Shown here in pieces: positions 56,152 through 64,000 of a stretch of 64,000 bases of DNA (within the stretch, counting starts at the first letter, position 1; each line of letters begins with the position of its first letter). Source of the DNA: Gemmatimonadaceae bacterium (GTDB taxonomy: Bacteria; Gemmatimonadota; Gemmatimonadetes; Gemmatimonadales; Gemmatimonadaceae). The stretch spans positions 41,144-105,143 of the forward strand of contig DATEHK010000173.1 in the NCBI GenBank assembly GCA_035279625.1, given 5' to 3'. The notes beneath the pieces were generated by a model, which had not been told where the DNA came from, did no database searches, and saw nothing but the letters and a program-made list of their open reading frames with translations. The translations under genes and the position numbers were made by a program.

Positions 56152-58443
56152 CTAGCGGACGCCCTCGGACGAATCGATCGCGCAGGTCAGCACGCCCGGA
56201 GCAGGCTCGCTGTCGCGCATGAGAAGATCGATCTGCAACCCTCGATCCGCAAGCGCGCTCTCGATGGATCCGCCTAACATGGAGCCAGCGACCTCGGCGT
56301 GCGCCGCTCCGTAGGGCGCGAGCATTGCCCAACGCCATGCGTCCTCGGCGGCCAATGCCGTGCCGCGCTCGCGCATGATACCAGATGCGCGGGCGCGCGC
56401 AGCGAGCTCGACCAGACGGCGGCGCGCGGCCGTCAGTTGCTGCTCGCGATCGCCGGCGGCGTTACCGCATCGGCCGCCATCGACGATCGCAATCACCGAA
56501 TCGCGAACGCCGCGGACCGGCGCCACGAGTGCGGCGAGGGACGCGGAGCTGTCGATACCGGTCGTGTCCAACGGCACCTGGAGGACACGCCGCACCAGGT
56601 CATACGGCGTCAGCACCCGACCGGGGCCGTACCGAGTCAGGTACCAATCGCGCGTCGAGCGCGGCGGCGGCGCGACATCATCGAGCACGCTCACCAGCGC
56701 GGACCCCGCCTCGCCGGTGACGTCGGGCGGCGTCACTGTGACGTAGCCGGTGAAGAGGTCATCCTGCACCGACGAGAGATAGCCGTTCATCCGCCCTTCG
56801 CGCGCCAACGACACAGCCACGAACCAGTCGACGCTGCGCGCGAACACTTCCGTTGGGCGCATGCTCAAGACGTCGCGATCATCCGGATCGACGGCCGTCA
56901 GCGACGCCGCGGTCAGGCCGCGAAGCGAGGCGGCCAACTGGCCGCCGCGCGCGTCGCGGACGGCGCGATCCGTGGCGTAGTCGCCGCGCACGGCGTAGCG
57001 ACGCTCGGCCGCCTGCCAGTCGAGATCGTGCGCGACCTCGTGCGCGATGGTCCCGGCACTCGTGGCGGACGGCAGATAGATGACCCGGTGCACCGGATCG
57101 TGCAGGGCGAGCGCCACACCGCGGAGCGGATTCTCGCCGAAGTGGATGCGCAGCCCCGTGAGATCGAGCGACGGCAGCACGCGATCGAGATCGGCGAGCG
57201 CCGAGCCGAGCATCGCGCGATAGTACGGACGCCAGGCCGCCGGCACGCTGGCATCGAAGGTCACCGCCGTTAGGCCGTAGCGGTCGGTGAGCTGCGCGTC
57301 GGTCGGAGCCGGATCGCCGGGATACCACGGCGTTTCCTGCGCGTATGCACGGAGCGCGACCGCGGCAGCGAGCGTCGTCCGGGCGACCGGGATGCCGGGC
57401 GCTTCCTGTGCGACTAACGCACGCTCGGCGGCAAAGCCCTCTTCGCCGCGCGAGCGATACAGGAAGCGCATGCGTGCCGCGTGCGCGCCCGTCTCGTCCG
57501 CCGACGTCCGCAGCAGGTCATCGCGGTGCGTCCACATCGCGACGACCACCGGCGTCTCGGGAGGTCGCGCATGGCCCAACGCGAGGCGCTCCAATTGGAC
57601 TGCCGCGAGTCCGAGCAGCGATGCGCTCGAATCGGATTCGCGTTCCTTGGGCGCCTGACCGGATGCGCTGCGGAGCTCATCCTGAAGCTCGGCCGTCAGG
57701 CGCATGGCCTCGAGCTCGACGTCCGGAGGCAGGCGCTCCATGAGCGGCTGTTCGACTCTGAAGCGTCGCTCGCGACGCCACGTCTGTAACAGCGTCAACG
57801 GATCCGCGTCGTCGCGCCATGCGGCGCGCAACAGGTCGTTGACGTCGCGCTTGGCGAGCTCGCGATCGCGTACGAGCGCCGCAGCCTGCGCCGCGATGTG
57901 CGGTGCGTCGCCGCGCAAGCGATGCTCCGCGGCCGCAAGTGTGTACGCGAGACGCACCGCCAACTCCCCGGCGCGGGGATCATGTGCGTCGCGGATAGTG
58001 TGGTCGATGAGCGCGTACTGTTCGTCGCCGTCGGGCGCGCTCACGAGGGACACACTGTCAGTGAGCGAGTCGAGCGCAATCGGGTTCACGTGATCGGCAT
58101 TGCCGTCGACCGTGCGCGCGAGCAGCGCCCACGCAAGCGAATCGCGAGAGGCGACGGTGAGACGCGGGTCGCCCAACGCATAGTCGATCAATCGAAATGG
58201 ACCGCCGAGGCCGAGTCGCTGCCGCTCGAGGTACCCGAGCGCCACGACATGCTCGGAGTCGCCTTCGGACTGCATCTGCGATGGCGGATGCGCAATCAGC
58301 CGCTCGGCGTACGCGCGGCCCGAGCGCAGTTGCCCCGCGATCTGCGGACCAACGGCGATGCGCTCGCACGCGCCGGCGACGAGCACCAGCGCGCCAAGCA
58401 CGACGAGAGCGCGAACGCGACGAAAATGGAGCGGCGGGATCAT
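56152..58443 (-). CDS. Large lipoprotein with an HExxH metalloprotease-like motif
   Basis: Signal plus lipobox LVLVAGAC. A single HEVAH motif (GTIAHEVAHDLDW). Otherwise no recognisable family. Confidence 0.55.
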   Translation of the reverse strand: MIPPLHFRRVRALVVLGALVLVAGACERIAVGPQIAGQLRSGRAYAERLIAHPPSQMQSEGDSEHVVALGYLERQRLGLGGPFRLIDYALGDPRLTVASRDSLAWALLARTVDGNADHVNPIALDSLTDSVSLVSAPDGDEQYALIDHTIRDAHDPRAGELAVRLAYTLAAAEHRLRGDAPHIAAQAAALVRDRELAKRDVNDLLRAAWRDDADPLTLLQTWRRERRFRVEQPLMERLPPDVELEAMRLTAELQDELRSASGQAPKERESDSSASLLGLAAVQLERLALGHARPPETPVVVAMWTHRDDLLRTSADETGAHAARMRFLYRSRGEEGFAAERALVAQEAPGIPVARTTLAAAVALRAYAQETPWYPGDPAPTDAQLTDRYGLTAVTFDASVPAAWRPYYRAMLGSALADLDRVLPSLDLTGLRIHFGENPLRGVALALHDPVHRVIYLPSATSAGTIAHEVAHDLDWQAAERRYAVRGDYATDRAVRDARGGQLAASLRGLTAASLTAVDPDDRDVLSMRPTEVFARSVDWFVAVSLAREGRMNGYLSSVQDDLFTGYVTVTPPDVTGEAGSALVSVLDDVAPPPRSTRDWYLTRYGPGRVLTPYDLVRRVLQVPLDTTGIDSSASLAALVAPVRGVRDSVIAIVDGGRCGNAAGDREQQLTAARRRLVELAARARASGIMRERGTALAAEDAWRWAMLAPYGAAHAEVAGSMLGGSIESALADRGLQIDLLMRDSEPAPGVLTCAIDSSEGVR

Positions 58444-58586
58444 CGTACCTGCGAGTACCCACGAAGAAACGTGGAGTTGCCGCGCGCCGAGGCTCGAGGC
58501 TGAGGAGCCGTTATTTAGGGGAGACGAGCAACGCGGGCGGGCGTCATGCGACGGCAGGAATGCGACCTGTCTTACATTAGTACTGC

Positions 58587-59618
58587 GTGACTAATGAACA
58601 AGTGCGCTACCTCACGGTTGACCCCGAGCGACCGGACGCCAATATCGTTCGGCGCGCGGCCGATGTGTTGCGACGCGGCGGCCTTGTCGCATTCCCCACC
58701 GAGACAGTGTACGGCCTTGGCGCCAACGCGCTCGATGCGACCGCGGTCGCCAAAATTTTTTCGGCGAAAGGCCGGCCGAGCTACGACCCGCTGATCGTAC
58801 ATGTGTTGAACGCGGCAGGTGCACGTTCGGTTGCGCGTGCATGGCCCGAAGCCGCGGACCGTCTCGCGGCGGCGTTCTGGCCGGGGCCGCTTACGTTGGT
58901 CGTGCCCAAAGAAGCCGTCGTGCCGGATATCGTGACGGCCGGCTTGGACACGGTTGCCGTGCGAGTACCGTCGCACCCCGTTGCCCGTGCAATTCTGGAG
59001 GCAGCGAGCGTGCCGGTTGCCGCGCCAAGCGCCAACCGATTCACCGAAGTCTCGCCGACCCGCGCCGAGCACGTGGCACGCACGTTGGGCGATCGCGTGG
59101 ACCTGATCATCGATGGCGGCCCAACGACGGTCGGCATCGAGTCGACCGTGGTGGACGTGTCCGGTGAGCGGCCGACGGTCTTGCGGCCGGGGACGATTCC
59201 GATTCCGGATCTGGCCGCCGCGCTCGGCGCGTTAGACATCGCGGTCGCGACGGCGGACAGCGGAGCCGCAACGCCGCGCCGGTCGCCCGGGATGTTGGAC
59301 CGGCACTACGCGCCACGGGCACGGCTGCAGCTGTTCGATGATCGGTCGCGGGGCGGCGCGGCGCACACGGCCGCGGAGCACGAGGCAGCCGGCGACACGG
59401 TGGGCGCCATGCTCCTGACCAGCCTCGACGCGCCGGTGCGCCACGCGCTCGCGATGCCTAACGACCCAGCCGGCTATGCGCGCGCCCTCTACCACGCGTT
59501 GCACACGCTCGACGCCGCGGGCTGCGACCTGATATTCGTGGAAGCGGTGCCGGACACGCCGGCGTGGGCAGGCGTGCGCGACCGGCTGGTCCGCGCCGCC
59601 CACCCGAAACACGCCTAA
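58587..59618 (+). CDS. tsaC: L-threonylcarbamoyladenylate synthase (YrdC domain plus Sua5 C-terminal domain)
   Basis: GGLVAFPTETVYGLGANA, RPSYDPLIVHV, GPLTLV, SANRF. GTG start. Confidence 0.9.
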   Translation: MTNEQVRYLTVDPERPDANIVRRAADVLRRGGLVAFPTETVYGLGANALDATAVAKIFSAKGRPSYDPLIVHVLNAAGARSVARAWPEAADRLAAAFWPGPLTLVVPKEAVVPDIVTAGLDTVAVRVPSHPVARAILEAASVPVAAPSANRFTEVSPTRAEHVARTLGDRVDLIIDGGPTTVGIESTVVDVSGERPTVLRPGTIPIPDLAAALGALDIAVATADSGAATPRRSPGMLDRHYAPRARLQLFDDRSRGGAAHTAAEHEAAGDTVGAMLLTSLDAPVRHALAMPNDPAGYARALYHALHTLDAAGCDLIFVEAVPDTPAWAGVRDRLVRAAHPKHA

Positions 59619-59627
59619 CGGTAAGTC

Positions 59628-60593
59628 TTACGCCGAGCGGGCGCCGCCCACCAGTCGGCGGAATGCGCGGCCGAAACGGGACGATCCCGCACCGCGGTCC
59701 AGCGCTTCGGCCAATTGGCGGCCGTACTGCCAGCGCTTGTCCAACTGCTTCTCCAAACAGCGCTCGACCGCCGCGATCAGATCACGCGGCGCACCCGGCG
59801 CGAGCGAGGCGAGCGGCGGCACCGGCGAGAACATGTGCTTGGCCGAGATTTCGGCGAACGATTCGCCGGTGAAGGGCAGGCGGCCGGCGAGCATCAGGTA
59901 GCCGAGCACGCCCAACCCATAGAGATCGCTGCGGCCATCGAGGTCAGCCTCACCCACGGCCTGCTCCGGCGACATGAAGTGCGGCGTGCCGAACGCACAG
60001 CGCAGTTCCGACGGACGCGGATCCCACGACCGGCGGCGCGCGACGCTGAAGTCGGCAAGCAGCGCGCGTCCGGTTTCGCGATCGACGAGCACGTTCTCCG
60101 GCTTGAGATCGCGGTGCACGACGCCCTGCGCGTGCGCATAGTCCAACGCGCGGGCGATCTGAATGAGCACCAGCCGGGCCTCTCCTGGCGCGAGCCGGCC
60201 CTGCGCGCGAATGCGGTCGCCTAACGAATCGCCCGGCACGTAGCGCATCGCCATGTACATCACGCGCGCCGTCTCGCCGAACGCATAGAGCGGCACGATG
60301 CCCGGGTGCTCGAGCTGCGCGGAAAGGCGGGCTTCGGCGCGGAAGCGTTCGCGCGCATCCTCGCGCGTACGCAGATCGTTGCGCAACACCTTGAGCGCAA
60401 CGTGGCGATGCAAGGCAACATCGCGCGCGAGATACACGGCTCCCATCCCACCGCGACCCAACGGACGAACCACCTGGTACTGGCGCGTGAGTTCGCGCGC
60501 CACGAGATCGCGTTCGATGTCCGGGGTGCCGCGCTCGAGCGTCGGCGTTAGACGGGGACCGCGGACGACAGAATCGAGGACGAGCGCTTCCAT
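59628..60593 (-). CDS. Ser/Thr protein kinase (kinase domain with short tail)
   Basis: GRGGMGAVY, VALK, HRDLKPENVL, DFS, GTPHFMSPEQ. Confidence 0.9.
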   Translation of the reverse strand: MEALVLDSVVRGPRLTPTLERGTPDIERDLVARELTRQYQVVRPLGRGGMGAVYLARDVALHRHVALKVLRNDLRTREDARERFRAEARLSAQLEHPGIVPLYAFGETARVMYMAMRYVPGDSLGDRIRAQGRLAPGEARLVLIQIARALDYAHAQGVVHRDLKPENVLVDRETGRALLADFSVARRRSWDPRPSELRCAFGTPHFMSPEQAVGEADLDGRSDLYGLGVLGYLMLAGRLPFTGESFAEISAKHMFSPVPPLASLAPGAPRDLIAAVERCLEKQLDKRWQYGRQLAEALDRGAGSSRFGRAFRRLVGGARSA

Positions 60594-60887
60594 GCGATGC
60601 TCTTAGTCGAAGTGGACGGATGTGCCAACTATAGGTGGCCCATATGAAAGTACCGGGCCAATGCGATCCGTCGTATAAGATGTTGTATTACTTAGCGTTA
60701 CAGACTAACTCACCGGCTGATTCGGGGCATCGCTGTCCGGAAATGGGACTGATCGTGCCGAGAATGGAACAGGGTGCGTACAAATGTCCCGCGTACTTGG
60801 AATTGGATGGTGGAATCGCGCATTTGGTTGCTTCGAGCGCACGCGACGGCACCCCAGCGTGACGCGATCGTGACCGCGGCGGCCAAG

Positions 60888-62846
60888 TCAGCCGCGCAAA
60901 ACTTCTCGCGCTTTCGTTAGGAGTTCCTGCGGCGTGAACGGCTTCTGCAGGAACGGGCGGCCCTTGTCGAGAATGCCCTGGCGAATCACGACGTCGTCGG
61001 TGTAGCCGGACACGAACAGGATCCTGGACGATGGCCGCGCCGATGCGAGTCGCTCGGCGAGTTCGCGGCCCCCCATCTCGGGCATCACGACGTCGGTGAT
61101 GACGAGGTCGACGTCGCCACCGTGGCCGGCGGCCACGCGCATCGCATCCTTGCCGTGACGCGCTTCGAGCACCGCGTAGCCGTGGGTCTCGAGCACGCGG
61201 CGCATGAGCGGGCGGAGCGATTCGTCGTCCTCCACCAGGAGCACCGTCTCGTTGCCGTTAGGCGTGGAGACGGTGTCGTCGCTTCCCGGCCCGGCGGCCG
61301 CGTCGCCCACCGCCAAGCGCGGAAGGCAGATGTCCACCGTCGTCCCGCGCCCCGGCGTGCTGCGCACGACGACGTCGCCGTCGCTCTGTTTGACGATGCC
61401 GTAGACGGTCGCGAGACCCAGGCCGGTGCCCTGCCCCAATCCTTTAGTGGTGAAGAACGGCTCGAAGACGTGCGCCAACGTTTCCGCGCTCATGCCGACA
61501 CCGGTGTCGCGTACGGAGAGCGACACGTAGCTGCCGGGTGGCAAGTCGACTCCGTCGTCGAGCTCGTGACCGGTGCGCAGCACGTTGTCGGTCTCGATGA
61601 GCAGCACACCGCCATCGGGCATCGCGTCGCGGGCATTCACGGCGAGGTTCATGAGCACCTGCTCCACCTGACCGGGATCGGCGCGCACCCAGCACGATTC
61701 GGGCGCCAGATGGATCACGAGCTCGACGTCTTCACCGATCAGCCTAACGAGCATGCGCTCCATCTCGGCGACGGTGTCGTTGAGATCGAGCACGCGGGGT
61801 TGGAGCAGCTGCTTGCGGCTGAAGGCGAGCAGTTGTCGCGTGAGCGCGGTGGCGCGATCGGCCGACTTCTGAATCTCTCGCGCATCGATGGCGCGCGGAT
61901 CGTCCGGCGGCAAGCCGTCGCGCAACAGTTGGCTGTAGGTCTTGATCGCAGTGAGAATGTTGTTGAAGTCATGCGCGATGCCGCCGGCGAGTCGTCCCAC
62001 GGCTTCCATTTTCATCGCGTGACTCAACTGACCCTCGAGCTGCTTGCGCTCGCTGATGTCGACCACCGCAATGCCGGTGCCGAGGAGCTGTTGGTCCGGC
62101 GTCCTAACGGGATAGGCGCTCACCAACCACGAGCTGGCGCGACCGAATCCCGAGGGCCGCACATCATCGAGCTCGAACGCGACCATGGGGTGTCCCGTCT
62201 CGCTCACGTTCTGCAGCGTGGACTCGAGGCGGCTCGCGAGCACCGGCAGCGCGTCGTGCAACGGACGGCCTGCGTGACCGTCCTCGCCGACACCGTTCAT
62301 TTCGGCGAGGACGCGATTGACCAGCACGCAATTGAAGTCGCGATCGACGTACGCGAAGCCCACGGGAGACGAGGCGAGCAGCGTATCGAGCACGGCCAGC
62401 GCCTCCTGCCGTCGACGCGCGAGCAGCACGGCGCTCTCGCGATCGATCGCGGCTTCGGTGGCGATGCGAGCCAACTCCGCTTCGCGCACCTTGGCCGCAT
62501 CGCGCGAGCGACGGATCATCGCCACGCCTTCCGACAGGAGACCGAACATCACGAGGCGAGAGACGAACCCCCATATACTCGCGGTCTCGCGGAAGCCCGG
62601 AACGTGTACCAGCCAGGTGAGGCCGGCTGCACCGAGTATCGCGCCGAAGAGACCGGCGATGCGACCGCGGCGCCACGTGCAGAGAGTGACCGCGGCGCCG
62701 AACACGAAGAACGCCGTGGGATGCGCCACGAGCTCGGACGCGCGACCAACGAAGATCGCAGCGGCGACCCACACGAGCGTTTCTGCGTACGGCACAATTG
62801 CGCGCACGGGCGTGAACGTCGGTCTGCTCATCCGCTCGCCTTCCAT
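60888..62846 (-). CDS. Hybrid sensor histidine kinase (TM, PAS, HisKA, HATPase, C-terminal receiver)
   Basis: H-box GIAHDFNNIL, NLAVNARDAM, DTGVGM, GTGLGLATV. Receiver has VLLVEDDE ... LVITDVVMP ... KP. Confidence 0.85.
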   Translation of the reverse strand: MEGERMSRPTFTPVRAIVPYAETLVWVAAAIFVGRASELVAHPTAFFVFGAAVTLCTWRRGRIAGLFGAILGAAGLTWLVHVPGFRETASIWGFVSRLVMFGLLSEGVAMIRRSRDAAKVREAELARIATEAAIDRESAVLLARRRQEALAVLDTLLASSPVGFAYVDRDFNCVLVNRVLAEMNGVGEDGHAGRPLHDALPVLASRLESTLQNVSETGHPMVAFELDDVRPSGFGRASSWLVSAYPVRTPDQQLLGTGIAVVDISERKQLEGQLSHAMKMEAVGRLAGGIAHDFNNILTAIKTYSQLLRDGLPPDDPRAIDAREIQKSADRATALTRQLLAFSRKQLLQPRVLDLNDTVAEMERMLVRLIGEDVELVIHLAPESCWVRADPGQVEQVLMNLAVNARDAMPDGGVLLIETDNVLRTGHELDDGVDLPPGSYVSLSVRDTGVGMSAETLAHVFEPFFTTKGLGQGTGLGLATVYGIVKQSDGDVVVRSTPGRGTTVDICLPRLAVGDAAAGPGSDDTVSTPNGNETVLLVEDDESLRPLMRRVLETHGYAVLEARHGKDAMRVAAGHGGDVDLVITDVVMPEMGGRELAERLASARPSSRILFVSGYTDDVVIRQGILDKGRPFLQKPFTPQELLTKAREVLRG

Positions 62847-63048
62847 GGTAGATGCGTCAGGCCCGGGGAGGTCTTCGAATCAATGTCGGACGAGTAAGCG
62901 CCCGCGCACGGAAGTCGCGCAGCACGGAGGCTGGATGAGCGGGAATATAGGGCGTGCATTCGTCATGCGCTCCTCGGTGCCGGCGACGGACACTAGGTTT
63001 CGCAAGAGCGGCGCACAGTGGGCCGCGTATTTCACCGCGGAGATCGGC

Positions 63049-64000
63049 ATGTCTTCAGGTGTTTGTAGATTCGTTGTCGCGCTCGGTGTGGTAACGTGCA
63101 CCATGGGCGCTGCGGGCGCATTGGCGCAGGAGTCGTCGGCGCACGCGCCGTCGCTCTCGGCGGCCATTCCCGCCGATCCAAACGTGACCGCAGGCGTTCT
63201 GCCTAACGGGCTGCACTACTACATTCGCGTGAACCACAAGCCCGAGCATCGCGCCGAGCTGCGGCTGGTGGTGAACGCCGGCTCGGTGCTCGAGGACAGC
63301 GCGCAGCGCGGCATCGCGCACCTCGTGGAGCACATGGCCTTCGGCGGCACCACGCACTTCAAGCGCGAAGCGCTGGTGAACTATTTGGAGTCGACCGGTG
63401 TGCGATTCGGCGCCGACCTCAACGCCGGAACGAGCTTCGACGAAACGGTCTATCAGCTCACCGTTCCGACCGACAGCGCGAAGCTCTTGCAACGCGGCAT
63501 TCAGATTCTAAGCGACTGGGCCGGCGGCGTCACGTTCGACACCGCAGCGCTCAGGCGTGAGCGGCGCGTCGTGACGGAAGAGTGGCGCCTGGGCCGCGGC
63601 GCCAGCCAGCGCATCCAAGACAAGCAATTCCCCATCTTGTTTGCGAACTCGCGGTACGCGCGCCGCCTTCCGATCGGCGACCCGCACATCATCGCGACGG
63701 CACCGCGCTCCGAGCTCCTTCGCTTTTACCACGAATGGTATCGGCCCGATCTCATGGCGGTGGTCGTCGTCGGCGACTTCGACAAGGCGCAAGTCGAACA
63801 ATGGGTGAAGCACGATCTGGGATCCGTGCCCGAGCCCGCGTTGCGCCCAGAGCGCGTGATATATCCGGTTCCGGACCACGACAGCACGCTCGTGTCAGTG
63901 GTGACCGATCCGGAAGCGACGACATCTCGAGTGACGATGTACTTCCTGCAGCCGGTGCGTCGCGACAGCACGGTGGGCGACTATCGCGAGGCGTTGGTGC
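63049..64000 (+). CDS. M16 (pitrilysin) family zinc peptidase, 5' part, running off the window
   Basis: Absent from the ORF track because no stop is reached. ATG 63049 is followed by a signal peptide (VVALGVVTCTMGAAGALAQE), then the inverted zinc motif HLVEHMAF and family-typical RRERRVVTEEWR. Confidence 0.85.
   Translation, partial: MSSGVCRFVVALGVVTCTMGAAGALAQESSAHAPSLSAAIPADPNVTAGVLPNGLHYYIRVNHKPEHRAELRLVVNAGSVLEDSAQRGIAHLVEHMAFGGTTHFKREALVNYLESTGVRFGADLNAGTSFDETVYQLTVPTDSAKLLQRGIQILSDWAGGVTFDTAALRRERRVVTEEWRLGRGASQRIQDKQFPILFANSRYARRLPIGDPHIIATAPRSELLRFYHEWYRPDLMAVVVVGDFDKAQVEQWVKHDLGSVPEPALRPERVIYPVPDHDSTLVSVVTDPEATTSRVTMYFLQPVRRDSTVGDYREALV

Noticed and set aside
60635-60862. 75-aa plus-strand ORF in the low-GC spacer
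   Set aside because: It has no SD and atypical composition for this genome, and it lies between two minus-strand genes. I treated it as non-coding spacer.
1-64000. Chi-site or FtsK-orienting (KOPS) explanation for the GTTAGGC motif
   Set aside because: Those signals show strong strand polarity with respect to replication. Here both orientations are common on one strand (about 44 versus 25). The bias follows gene orientation, with Leu-Gly coding being the easiest fit, rather than a uniform direction. A single window cannot fully exclude this explanation.
1-64000. The GTTAGGC excess being simple codon or dipeptide usage (Leu-Gly)
   Set aside because: The word occurs in three sense frames, in three antisense frames (one as a stop codon) and in intergenic DNA. 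Other Leu-Gly pairs in the same genes use CTC/CTG-GGC. The related GTTGGGC is also frequent, so a codon-aware null model is still required.
1-64000. CRISPR arrays, tRNA/rRNA genes, IS elements or prophage genes
   Set aside because: I saw no spaced direct repeats, no cloverleaf-like conserved tRNA boxes in the few spacers longer than 100 nt, and no transposase or phage-type ORFs. The only recombinase is the housekeeping XerC-type gene, which sits in conserved synteny.

Overview
This is a high-GC (about two-thirds GC by eye), densely coding bacterial chromosomal segment. I found no rRNA, tRNA, CRISPR or obvious mobile element.

Content, left to right:
- BsuPI-like inhibitor, a MoxR ATPase, a tandem pseudokinase-kinase, dut, and an AfsR/STAND-type regulator.
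- A minus-strand block: HD-GYP phosphodiesterase, an unknown gene, a sigma-54 activator with a degenerate receiver, mogA and gcvT.
- Minor-pilin operon 1 (FimT/PilV/PilW/PilX-like). It is lower in GC than the rest of the window.
- argF, then hslUV-xerC-trmFO-topA in the same order as in Bacillus, then aroK-aroC.
- A type IV pilus block: a beta-propeller lipoprotein, pilQPONM, minor-pilin operon 2, and a translationally coupled chain of two histidine kinase / sigma-54 response regulator pairs.
- CNNM/CorC transporter, arfB, a frameshifted secreted-protein gene, a MutY catalytic-domain-only gene and an MprF-like gene.
- A DUF4129-DUF4350-MoxR-DUF58 module facing an HExxH lipoprotein and an RDD/SpoIIM fusion.
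- tsaC/sua5, a short Ser/Thr kinase, a hybrid histidine kinase, and an open-ended M16 peptidase that the ORF track does not list.

Most other ORFs in the track are antisense or out-of-frame artefacts of high GC.

The most unusual signal is not a gene. The 7-mer GTTAGGC/GCCTAAC (consensus cGTTAGGCg) occurs about once per kb, in both orientations, in every usable reading frame and in spacers. By a rough composition estimate that is about ten times more than expected, and it forces rare TTA/CTA/AGG codons. This pattern resembles the DNA-uptake sequences of naturally competent bacteria, and it sits in a window rich in type IV pilus genes. That interpretation is an inference that needs genome-wide statistics and experiments.
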